Of a stretch of DNA of 64,000 nucleotides, positions 55,654-64,000 are shown piece by piece. The position numbers and the translations under genes were made by a program. Where the stretch lies: the NCBI GenBank assembly GCA_964493415.1, contig CAZBND010000005.1, positions 39,076 to 103,075 of the forward strand, written 5' to 3'. Every line of letters begins with the position of its first letter. Within the stretch, counting starts at the first letter, position 1. The DNA is from an uncultured Planctomycetota bacterium. GTDB taxonomy: Bacteria; Planctomycetota; DG-23; CAZBND01. The notes below the pieces were generated by a model that saw only the letters and a list, made by a program, of their open reading frames with translations, had not been told where the DNA came from and did not search any database.

Positions 55654-57057
55654 GTGTCCGGTGATGTTGCGTTCCAGAAGTGCATAATCCCGACGTGCGG
55701 ATTCGTTGCCGGCGTCAGCGAAGTCCACCAGGCGTGCCCCCGCTGCGCCAACCTTCTCGACGTGTGCTATGACTGGGACGCATTGGCTGTCCCGCCATCA
55801 ATGACCCATTTCGAGAAACGTTGGGCCGACAGGCTCAACCCTCTTGATTTCAGTGGCGTCTGGCGCTTCCGCGAGCTGCTCTCCTTCGCGCCCGCCCAAG
55901 CAGTGATAAGTATCGGCGAGGGACAAACACTTCTTCGCCGGTGCGAACCGGTCGCGGCCTACGCCGGGATGAAACGGGGCAGCCTCTATCTTCAGTACGA
56001 GGGCCTAAATCCTTCGGGCTCGTTCAAAGACAACGGAATGACTGCGACCTTCACGCACGCTCGGATGGTCGGGGCCGAAAAGGCGGCCTGCGCATCAACT
56101 GGAAACACTTCAGCCTCCGTTGCCCTCTACGCCGCCTGCAGCGGCCTTCTAAGAGCGATAATCTTCATCGGCAAAGGGAAGATCGCCCTCGGCAAGCTCG
56201 TCCAGGCGCTCGACAGCGGCGCTTTGACACTTGAAATCCAGGGCGACTTCGACGACGCCATGAAACGGGTCATGGAGGTTTGCCGGCAAGAAGGTATTTA
56301 CCTCATGAACTCGGTCAACCCCTTCCGCCTCGAAGGGCAGAAGGCGATCATGTACCGGGTGCTGGAGGCGCTTTGCTGGGAGCCGCCGGATTGGATCATC
56401 GTCCCCGGCGGAAACCTTGGCAACAGCTCCGCCTTCGGCAAAGCGTTTCTCGAACTCTCCGAACTCGGGCTCATCCGCCGGATACCCCGACTCGCCGTGG
56501 TCAACTCAGCCGGGGCCAGCACTCTTTACACCCTGATGAACGAACGGGGTCTCCGCTGGAACCGAGGCTCCCCGGACGACCGCATCATAGCGTCGTACTA
56601 CGAGGAGCTCGACCGGACCGGCAAGAGGGCTAAGACGATTGCCAGCGCCATCGAGATCAATCGCCCGGTCAACCTGAAGAAATGCCTCAGGGCTCTCGAG
56701 GTCATGAATGGCGTCGTCTGTCAGGTGACCGACGAAGAGATTCTCGATGCCAAAGCGAAGATCGCGGCGTCGAGCATCGGCTGCGAGCCCGCCTCCGCAG
56801 CTTCGGTCGCCGGCGCCAAGAGGCTCGTCGAAGAAGGCACCATCGGCCCGGACGAAAGGGTCGTCTGCATCCTCACGGGGCACCAGTTGAAGGACCAGGG
56901 CGCCGCGATCACGTATCACGCCCTACCCGAGCGAGAAATGCGCCAGAAGCTGAAGGCCTACGGGGTCAGGCGGGCCTCTTTCAAGAACATGCCCGTTCAG
57001 GTGGCCAACGACCTCGACGCCATAAGAAAAGCCATCGCCGCCGCAAGCGGCACGTAG
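55654..57057 (+). CDS. thrC: Threonine synthase
   Basis: PLP-lysine block [11 protein letters not shown] and Gly-rich [10 protein letters not shown]-terminal Cys4 ribbon. Confidence 0.85.
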   Translation: MSGDVAFQKCIIPTCGFVAGVSEVHQACPRCANLLDVCYDWDALAVPPSMTHFEKRWADRLNPLDFSGVWRFRELLSFAPAQAVISIGEGQTLLRRCEPVAAYAGMKRGSLYLQYEGLNPSGSFKDNGMTATFTHARMVGAEKAACASTGNTSASVALYAACSGLLRAIIFIGKGKIALGKLVQALDSGALTLEIQGDFDDAMKRVMEVCRQEGIYLMNSVNPFRLEGQKAIMYRVLEALCWEPPDWIIVPGGNLGNSSAFGKAFLELSELGLIRRIPRLAVVNSAGASTLYTLMNERGLRWNRGSPDDRIIASYYEELDRTGKRAKTIASAIEINRPVNLKKCLRALEVMNGVVCQVTDEEILDAKAKIAASSIGCEPASAASVAGAKRLVEEGTIGPDERVVCILTGHQLKDQGAAITYHALPEREMRQKLKAYGVRRASFKNMPVQVANDLDAIRKAIAAASGT

Positions 57058-57070
57058 AGGGGGGTACGAG

Positions 57071-57865
57071 ATGACGGAAATAGGCATAAGCGGCGCGGCA
57101 GGAAGGATGGGCCGGAGAGTGCTTGCCCTCGCCCTGGCCGACGAAGCCTTCGCCGTCAAGGCCGCCGTGGAAGCCGACGGCCACGAGGCGCTCGGCAAGG
57201 ACGCAGCGCGGCTTGTGGGAGTCGCGGATACGGGGGTGATGGTCGAATCTCGACTCGCGAGAAAAGTGGACGTGTTGCTCGATTTCTCCTCCCCCGCCGG
57301 AACACTGAAGCGCCTTGAAGAGTGTCGTCGCCTTGGGGTTGCCATAGTCATCGGCACGACCGGGTTGGGAAAAGGGGAGATGGAAGCCGTCGAAAGGGTC
57401 GCTCGCACGATCCCCTGCCTGGTTTCGGCGAACATGAGCCTGGGGGTGAACCTTCTGACCAAGCTCGTCGCCGAGGCCGCGGCGGCTCTGGGTAATTCCT
57501 ACGACGTCGAGATAATCGAGGCCCATCACAGGATGAAAAAGGACGCCCCCAGTGGAACCGCCTTGCTGCTCGCGAGAATGATCGCCGAATCAAAAGGAAC
57601 CACCCTCGACGATGTCGCAGTTTACGGCAGGTGCGGGCACACCGGCGAGCGCCCCAGGGGCGTCATGGGCATTCACGCTATCCGAGGCGGTGACATTGTC
57701 GGCGACCACACCGTTCTATTTGCAGGAGACGGCGAGCGGATAGAGCTCGTCCACCGGGCGCACAGCCGGGACACGTTCGCCAAGGGAGCCCTGAGGGCCG
57801 CTCAGTTCCTCGCGGGGAAGTCTCCGGGCTTCTATACGATGGACGACGTGCTGGGCATCAAGTAG
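57071..57865 (+). CDS. dapB: 4-hydroxy-tetrahydrodipicolinate reductase
   Basis: GAAGRMG NAD(P) motif. EIIEAHHRMKKDAPSGTA is the DapB signature. Confidence 0.9.
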   Translation: MTEIGISGAAGRMGRRVLALALADEAFAVKAAVEADGHEALGKDAARLVGVADTGVMVESRLARKVDVLLDFSSPAGTLKRLEECRRLGVAIVIGTTGLGKGEMEAVERVARTIPCLVSANMSLGVNLLTKLVAEAAAALGNSYDVEIIEAHHRMKKDAPSGTALLLARMIAESKGTTLDDVAVYGRCGHTGERPRGVMGIHAIRGGDIVGDHTVLFAGDGERIELVHRAHSRDTFAKGALRAAQFLAGKSPGFYTMDDVLGIK

Positions 57866-57875
57866 CCGCGGCGGC

Positions 57876-60800
57876 TCACTTATCTGTGCCAATTTCGCAG
57901 ACCCCCAGCTCTCGATGGACGCACTCCGCACAGTGTTCGGACGGAGCGGCGGCGAACTCGCCCTTCGCTATCGTCTCTGCAATCCTCTCGATCCGCGCAC
58001 CCAGTGCCTCGCCATCCTCCACGCTTACCACCCACTCTGCCGTTTCCCCGGGCGAGGTGAAGCATATGATCGCGCGCACATTCGCCAACGGAACCGAAAA
58101 TGCCTTCGACACGCCCATACAGTACGCGTCAAGCTGGAGCTTGTACTCACTCGCCCTCTTCTCCACTTCGTCCGTCTCAATCCGATCCGTCTTGAAATCC
58201 ACGAGAGCATAGAGGTTCCCGGGCATGACGCAGAGCCTGTCTATCGTCCCGTTCAAGATCGCGCGCCCGGTTCTGAAGCTCACGGGGACCTCAGGCAGAA
58301 CTTGCTCGGCGTTTCCGCTCAGCTCTCCTACCCGGCTCAGATTGACGGCTCGAACTGCATCCAGAGCCTCTGCGCGCAGTGTCTTGCGTTCGCCAGGCGT
58401 CAAGCCCCGCACCTGCTGCACCAGCAGTTCACAAAGATTCTGGAGCTCTTTCTCCGTCTTCCCTAAGGATAGCTGAAGTACTTTGTGAATGAAGCTTCCT
58501 CTCTCCTGCGCCGCGGTTCCGGCAGATCCCATGTCCCCGACCCTCGCCTGCTGCGAGAGGTAGTACGCCTGCGGACAGCGAACGTACTCGGCGAGCGCCG
58601 TCACGCTCAGCTCACGCCTTCCCGCCACCGGGATTGGAGCGGCGAGCCATGAGAACGAGTACGACTGGTCATAGAGATCGGCCTCATCTTTCACCTCCGC
58701 CGCATCCTCTGGAGCGATACTCTCCGACGGCTGTTCATCGAGCCCGACGACGCGCAGCCGAAAAGCAGCCGGAGGCTCTTCACCAACCGTCATGCCCCGA
58801 AGCCCGCAGCTTAGCTCCCCTATGCCGAGAAACGCCAGCGTTTTGATCATCCAGTTCGACGCTGAAGCGACGAGCTTCGCTTCAGGTTTCACCTCACCCG
58901 AAAGGACAAGATGGTCGCGAGCCCGTGTCATTGCGACGTAAAGCAGCCGTTTCTCCTCCGCATCTTCCCGCCTCCGCAGGCGCTCCTCAGCCGCCCGGCG
59001 GAGGGAGCACTTCTCCTCAGCGCTCCGAGCTCCCCCCGAAGGGAGCGCCAGCCCGAGGCCGAGGTCTCGCTCGATCAACAGCGCCCTCTGCGGTCGCTGT
59101 GCCTGCCTCCCCAGGTCGGCGAGAATCACGACGGGAAACTCAAGCCCTTTCGCCGCATGAATGGTCATGATCCTCACGGCATCCTCGCTCTCCAGGTGAA
59201 GGGGGGCCTCGGCCTCGGCGGCGGCGCGTTCCATCTGAAGTTCCAGAACGCGAACGAGGTCGGGCAGCGGACGAAACGGCGTATTCAGCCGGTGAAGCAG
59301 GGATGTCAACTTCCGTATGTTGGCAATCGCCTGGTGCCCTCGCGGACCTGCGGCATAGCTTCCGCATGCGCCGGTCTCGTCCAAAAGCTCCTGAATCAGT
59401 TGTCCGGGGCTCGCCCGGCCCGCCTTTTCAAGCAGCCTCTCGCCCAATTCCTTCATCTGCCTGAGGGCGTTCGCATCGCCTTCCTCGAACTCATCCAGGT
59501 CGCGTAACTCGAGGATTTTGCCCCACAGCGGCAGTCGCCGTCCCGCGAGAGCCAGCCGAAGGAGCGCTTCGTCCGTCGTGGAGAAAAGGGGTGACCTGAG
59601 CATCGACGCCACGGCTAAATCGTTCCAGGGGGACACGACGAATCTGAGGAAATTCACCAGGTCAGTGACTTCCGGTTGTCCGAAGAACCCGATGCCGCCC
59701 GTAAGGACATACGGCACCCCCGATGCCCTCAACGCCCGCTCGAGTTGCTCGAGATGGGTTCTCCCCCGGAGCAAAATGGCTATGTCACTGAACGCCACCG
59801 GGCGAAGTTCCCCGACTTCCCTGTCCCAGACTGCCACAGGGTTCACGTCCACCATCTCGCGAATCCGCGCTGCAATGCACTCACCCTCGCGCGCGAAAGG
59901 CGGACTGCCGGGCGCGCGGAGGGCCGCCAGCACCTCGACCGATCCGCACTCTTCAATCCCTTCTCTGTGCGCCCCGAGTGATTGGAAGGCCGGCTCAAAC
60001 CGCTCGCGCACCACCCGCGGCTCCTCCAACAGACGGTCGAAAAGGAAATCGGTGAAACGGATCATGTTGGGATGAGAGCGGAAGTTGGTGGCCATACGGA
60101 TGACCTTTGGATCCCTGCCTCCCGCACGACCTGCGGCTTTCGCCATCTCCTCGCACGCGCCGCTCAGCAACTCGACATGTGCGTGACGGAACCCGTATAT
60201 GGACTGAAGCGGATCGCCCACGATGAAGAGCTTGTCGCGCGCCAAGCGGTCCCCTTTCGACGCCAGCAGTCTCACGATATTCCACTGAAGAGGGTTGATG
60301 TCCTGGAACTCGTCGACCATTAGGTAACGGTAGCGCGCGCGAACCCTTTCGAGTACCTCGCCGTTGCCTTCCAGGAGTTCGAAGGCCTTCCACTGCAGGT
60401 CCGTAAAGTCGAGCGCACCCTCCTCCCTTTTCCTGCTCTCGTATCTGCTCAAAGCCCAGGAGGCGACTCTCGCAAGACCGGCAAGATGCTCAGCCGCCGC
60501 CCGGTCCGTCTCACCGTCCGCACGGATCGAGAGGAGGGCCGCGTGCGGGGCAATGATCCTCCCCACCTCCATCGCCGCTGATTTGTAGGTCTCCATGTCC
60601 GCGGCGCGCAGGCGCTGCTTGCTCCCCGGAAACCTCCGGCGCGCCCCGCCGGCACCCGTGACGAATAGAGGCACCAAGTCGCGTATCGCCCCAGCCACTT
60701 GCTCTCCTGCCTCCAGCCTCACCCTGGTCTCGCGCACGGCGCCCACCAGCACCGCAATGTTTCCATCCCCGCCGCCCTCCGCCGCAGACTCGATCCTCTT

Positions 60801-61523
60801 CAGCAGGCTCAGCAGATTCGTCTGCTCGGACAGTCCACGCACGGTGCATTCCTGGAGCGCGGAGACCTTCTCCGCCCACTCCGAAACCATCTCATCCGGA
60901 GACGCCGCAGCCGCAGCCACGAGGTCCTTTCGCGAGACTTCCAACGCCGACAATAGCCCCCGCAAGACATCTCTCACATTGCCGGCCGACCACCGTCGCA
61001 GGAGGAACTTCAGCTCGGCGTGGAGGTCGCCGTTCAGCGGGTCCGTGGCTTCCGCAATGGTCTCTTCGAGCATCATTCCTGCGCTCGGCTCATCCAGGGT
61101 TTCGAAATCAGGGCTCACTCCCGCCTCAGGAGAGTACATCCGCAGCAAAGCCGCGCAGAAGGCGTGGATCGTCGAAATCGACGCGGTAGCCAGCTCTTCG
61201 TAGACTTCCGCCCACCGACCGGTATCAGCCCCCCGCCGCCTCTCCCTTACCCCTGCCCGGATGCGCTCCAGCATCTCCGCCGCCGCACGCTCAGTGAACG
61301 TAATTGCCAGGATGTTCCTCACTGAAAGGCTGGGATTCGCATCAAGGATGTCCAGGTAGCGTCGCGTCAGCACCAGAGTCTTGCCGGAACCGGCTCCCGC
61401 GAGGAGCGCGACGTTCGACGAATGGTCCAGCGCGCCGGCCTGCTCGTCCGTAAGTGTGACGCCTGCCATCTTAGTTCCCTCTCGAGCCAACATCCCCCAC
61501 ACCGTAGGAATCCAGCGCGACAT
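57876..61523 (-). CDS. addA: AddA-type helicase-nuclease (UvrD/PcrA-like helicase plus C-terminal PD-(D/E)xK nuclease), with four nuclease-domain Cys
   Basis: Walker A AGAGSGKT and UvrD motifs. Nuclease motifs GTIDRL and LVDFKTD. Cys at RCPQAYY plus HCAECVHRELGVC. The start may be the internal Met (MAGVTL) abutting the addB stop. Confidence 0.8.
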   Translation of the reverse strand: MSRWIPTVWGMLAREGTKMAGVTLTDEQAGALDHSSNVALLAGAGSGKTLVLTRRYLDILDANPSLSVRNILAITFTERAAAEMLERIRAGVRERRRGADTGRWAEVYEELATASISTIHAFCAALLRMYSPEAGVSPDFETLDEPSAGMMLEETIAEATDPLNGDLHAELKFLLRRWSAGNVRDVLRGLLSALEVSRKDLVAAAAASPDEMVSEWAEKVSALQECTVRGLSEQTNLLSLLKRIESAAEGGGDGNIAVLVGAVRETRVRLEAGEQVAGAIRDLVPLFVTGAGGARRRFPGSKQRLRAADMETYKSAAMEVGRIIAPHAALLSIRADGETDRAAAEHLAGLARVASWALSRYESRKREEGALDFTDLQWKAFELLEGNGEVLERVRARYRYLMVDEFQDINPLQWNIVRLLASKGDRLARDKLFIVGDPLQSIYGFRHAHVELLSGACEEMAKAAGRAGGRDPKVIRMATNFRSHPNMIRFTDFLFDRLLEEPRVVRERFEPAFQSLGAHREGIEECGSVEVLAALRAPGSPPFAREGECIAARIREMVDVNPVAVWDREVGELRPVAFSDIAILLRGRTHLEQLERALRASGVPYVLTGGIGFFGQPEVTDLVNFLRFVVSPWNDLAVASMLRSPLFSTTDEALLRLALAGRRLPLWGKILELRDLDEFEEGDANALRQMKELGERLLEKAGRASPGQLIQELLDETGACGSYAAGPRGHQAIANIRKLTSLLHRLNTPFRPLPDLVRVLELQMERAAAEAEAPLHLESEDAVRIMTIHAAKGLEFPVVILADLGRQAQRPQRALLIERDLGLGLALPSGGARSAEEKCSLRRAAEERLRRREDAEEKRLLYVAMTRARDHLVLSGEVKPEAKLVASASNWMIKTLAFLGIGELSCGLRGMTVGEEPPAAFRLRVVGLDEQPSESIAPEDAAEVKDEADLYDQSYSFSWLAAPIPVAGRRELSVTALAEYVRCPQAYYLSQQARVGDMGSAGTAAQERGSFIHKVLQLSLGKTEKELQNLCELLVQQVRGLTPGERKTLRAEALDAVRAVNLSRVGELSGNAEQVLPEVPVSFRTGRAILNGTIDRLCVMPGNLYALVDFKTDRIETDEVEKRASEYKLQLDAYCMGVSKAFSVPLANVRAIICFTSPGETAEWVVSVEDGEALGARIERIAETIAKGEFAAAPSEHCAECVHRELGVCEIGTDK

Positions 61524-64000
61524 CTTCCGCCGACACGGGGAACTCCGCTCCGAACAGCTCTACCTCGTCTCTCCTGCAAACCGTCCCGTATATACAGTTG
61601 CGGCACCCCGCATCGCCGCCCTTGGGCACCGGCGGGAAAAGACCGGAAACCATTCCGTGCGCGTACGAGAGGCTAAACCGCAGCGATTCGAGCAGCGACT
61701 CCCGGAAGTCATCCTCCCCCGTCGTTCTCTTGCTTGGCCCATCCCCGGGCAGCGGGCCGCTGCGCACCGCGAACGAAGGGGCGTTATCTCGCGAATCGCG
61801 AACGCGAAGGTAGGCGGCCGCACGCGGTTCCGCGCCCTGCAAGCCCTTCCGGCGAAGCATCTCCACAGCCGCCAGAAGATAGAGGGAAGGCTGCAAAGCC
61901 GTGCCCCCGCGAACCTCCCCCGGACCGGGCGGACGGCTGCCTCCACTCTTGTAGTCGTAGATTACAACCCCTGAACCGTCAACCATGTCGAGGCGATCTA
62001 TCTTGCCCATGATGCCGACCCGCATCCTGTCGCCGGAGACTGACCCACGAAGCAGCAGCGGCGGCCCGTGCAGCAACTTGTCGGCGCTCCTCGGCGCTGC
62101 CGAAGGGCCGAAATATATCTCGAAATGCGCCGGCGCAAACCCCAGCGCTTCTCGATTCGCCTCCTCGCGCATGAAGGCCTCGACGAAACTCCCTTCCTCT
62201 CCGTATCCTTGTGCTCCCAACAGGTTTTCCCTCATCGAAAGGTAGTAAGCGTCATCGGAACGGTGAGGGAGATTCGAAAGCTCCTCCGCGAGAATTTGCG
62301 TCAACTCTTCAACCGCCGCTGCGAAGCCGTCCGCATCCTCCTCCGGACGCGGAACGGCCTTGAACGTCGTCTTCCCCCGGGATCGAATTAGCCTGCCCGA
62401 CATGAACCGCGCGAGCGCTCTATGCACCGCGCTTCCCCAGTTCAAGGGCGAAACAACCTCCTCCGGCTCTGCGGGGGGCAGAAGCTCCAGCACGTTCTCC
62501 GCAAAGAACCGGAACGGGCACTTTGCATAGGCCTCCAGCCGCGTGACCCCAAAGCAATCTCCTGCAAACCTACTCCTGAGCACGCCGAGGAGGTCGGACG
62601 CGGCGATGGTCCCGTCGTAAGGATTCCGGCCGGGCGAAGACACCCTCGCATCCAGCGCCCCGAAAGCCCGAAGCATACCCTCAGCCTGCTTCGGACAATG
62701 TAGGGCAAACGCAAGCATGGGCGGCGACATCTTCATCTTCGCCGACCCTCGCGACGCCAACTCCCCAAGCCACACACACGCATCGGCTAGAGTCCCGTCC
62801 GCCGGCGGCACTTGGGGAGCTCTCGCACGCTGCATCAGCACCTCGGCCGAACTCTCGATCTCCTCGACGAGCGGACTCCTCAGGAAGGTCGCTCTCAGGT
62901 CGGATGCGGGCCACGAGAGCCGTACCCTCTTACCCGCAGAGGCGACGTAGGAGTGGAAGAGAAAACGGCTCTGCGCCTCGTGGCGCGGCTCTGTCAAGAT
63001 CCCCATCTCCCGAAGCTCTTCCGCGGAATGAAGAGCCATGCTGGATTCCCTCCCGGGGAAGCCGGATTCAGTAGCGCCCACCACGAAGACGTACTCCGCC
63101 GGTATCGTAGCCGACTGCGACCCCCAGTGCAGTTCCACCGCGTCATGCTCCGGCTCGGCCTCATCGATGCGCTCGGACGCCGCCGCCGAACGCAGCATCT
63201 GGTAGTATGTAGAAAGCCCTCTCGCAGAAGGGGAATACTCCCCCAACGCCGCGACGAGGTCTTTCAGAAGGGCGCAGAAGCGCGAGAGCGCCAAAGCGGC
63301 TTCCACTTTCAGCCGCTCCGGCTTCCCGTCCGGCTCTTCGACGCCGAACGCGGACTTCACAATTCCGAAATGCTTGAGTTGCTCCATGTACCTCGTGCAG
63401 AATTCCGAGGGAGGCAGCTCTTCGGAAAGTGACTTGAGCCTGGCAAGCATGTCCAGCAGAACGGCCATCACGTCGCCGTAGCCGGCAGGCCCGGGATTTT
63501 TGCGAAGCAGGTCCACCTCCTGGTCCACCGGATCGGGGTAGTCCGGCTCAACCTCCCCCTCGGTCGCCAGCAGGTCTCTCAACTGTCCCAGCCTCGTGCG
63601 CCACTCCTCGTAACCCTCGATGATGCGCGAGGCGCGCGAAATGCGGTCCACCGTTTCGCGATCCAGCCGTTCTCCCCCCGAACGCACTTCGACGAAAGGC
63701 ATTGATAGAATCCGAAGCACGGCTTGCCGCCTGAAGTTCTGGATCGGCGCCTCCAGCAGCGCAAGCGCAGCCGCTACGATGGGTGATTCATCCAAACGCC
63801 GCCCGGCAGGCACCGAAAGGGGAATTTCGTATCGAGAGAATGTCTCGCGCAGCACGGGCGCGTAAGTTTCCATATCGTTAGCCACAATCTTTACCGACGA
63901 CGGTGCGACCGCCGGGTCAGACAGGAGTATCTTTTTCACGCTCCTGGCAATTGAGTTCGCTTCGTCCTGAACGTCGAACGCCTGCTCCAATTCAACGCGA
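61471..64000 (-). CDS. addB: AddB-type nuclease subunit, 5'-truncated by the window edge
   Basis: PD-(D/E)xK motif VVIYDYKSG. Fe-S Cys set KCPFRFF...CRNCIYGTVC (C-x2-C-x5-C). The N-terminal ATPase part lies beyond coordinate 64000. Confidence 0.75.
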   Translation of the reverse strand, partial: RVELEQAFDVQDEANSIARSVKKILLSDPAVAPSSVKIVANDMETYAPVLRETFSRYEIPLSVPAGRRLDESPIVAAALALLEAPIQNFRRQAVLRILSMPFVEVRSGGERLDRETVDRISRASRIIEGYEEWRTRLGQLRDLLATEGEVEPDYPDPVDQEVDLLRKNPGPAGYGDVMAVLLDMLARLKSLSEELPPSEFCTRYMEQLKHFGIVKSAFGVEEPDGKPERLKVEAALALSRFCALLKDLVAALGEYSPSARGLSTYYQMLRSAAASERIDEAEPEHDAVELHWGSQSATIPAEYVFVVGATESGFPGRESSMALHSAEELREMGILTEPRHEAQSRFLFHSYVASAGKRVRLSWPASDLRATFLRSPLVEEIESSAEVLMQRARAPQVPPADGTLADACVWLGELASRGSAKMKMSPPMLAFALHCPKQAEGMLRAFGALDARVSSPGRNPYDGTIAASDLLGVLRSRFAGDCFGVTRLEAYAKCPFRFFAENVLELLPPAEPEEVVSPLNWGSAVHRALARFMSGRLIRSRGKTTFKAVPRPEEDADGFAAAVEELTQILAEELSNLPHRSDDAYYLSMRENLLGAQGYGEEGSFVEAFMREEANREALGFAPAHFEIYFGPSAAPRSADKLLHGPPLLLRGSVSGDRMRVGIMGKIDRLDMVDGSGVVIYDYKSGGSRPPGPGEVRGGTALQPSLYLLAAVEMLRRKGLQGAEPRAAAYLRVRDSRDNAPSFAVRSGPLPGDGPSKRTTGEDDFRESLLESLRFSLSYAHGMVSGLFPPVPKGGDAGCRNCIYGTVCRRDEVELFGAEFPVSAEDVALDSYGVGDVGSRGN

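Noticed and set aside
61440-61503. Apparent 1-nt inconsistency between my manual indexing and the ORF track near the addB/addA junction
   Set aside because: Most likely my hand-count error at line boundaries. It does not affect gene calls. Small-feature coordinates may be off by 1-2 nt.
1-64000. CRISPR arrays, IS elements/transposases, integrases, prophage or toxin-antitoxin modules
   Set aside because: I saw no direct-repeat/spacer periodicity and no transposase-, integrase-, Cas- or TA-like ORFs. The locus beside tRNA-Leu shows no island hallmarks.

Overview
This 64-kb window is high-GC and almost entirely coding, with both strands used. There are no CRISPR arrays, IS elements or large repeats. 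The content falls into seven parts.

1. A polysaccharide-utilisation-like locus (1-25.3 kb). It holds three paralogous secreted proteins of about 1080-1100 aa with a C-terminal CARDB-like domain. Each sits next to an alkaline-phosphatase-superfamily (sulfatase/NPP-like) paralog. A Thr occupies the position where a true sulfatase carries the formylglycine-precursor Cys/Ser. The locus also carries a GH42-like hydrolase, a sugar ABC importer (SBP plus two permeases), a carbamoyltransferase-SGNH hydrolase-membrane protein operon and tRNA-Leu(CAG).

2. An SOS-type cassette (27.0-30.6 kb). The order is lexA, a 193-aa protein, a hidden small ORF, then a family-B DNA polymerase that lacks the exonuclease motifs. 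The lexA promoter carries a palindromic operator. Start and stop codons overlap in a GTGA arrangement, which suggests translational coupling. I consider this the most interesting candidate in the window.

3. A signalling/sugar-kinase gene pair and a TolC-MFP-ABC tripartite efflux operon next to a beta-propeller protein.

4. mcsA-mcsB placed behind a pterin/C1 gene set (QueD/PTPS-like, an HPS::RraA fusion and an AcsE-like methyltransferase).

5. A run of trpE, folD, a lipoyl-domain protein, metV, metF and argG, i.e. an acetogen-style methyl branch.

6. A second lexA paralog, plus Nudix, rhomboid-like, thrC and dapB genes.

7. addA and a partial addB at the 3' edge. Both subunits carry a Cas4/AddB-like Cys cluster.

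Many long antisense ORFs in the six-frame track are frame artefacts of the high GC content. I did not call them.
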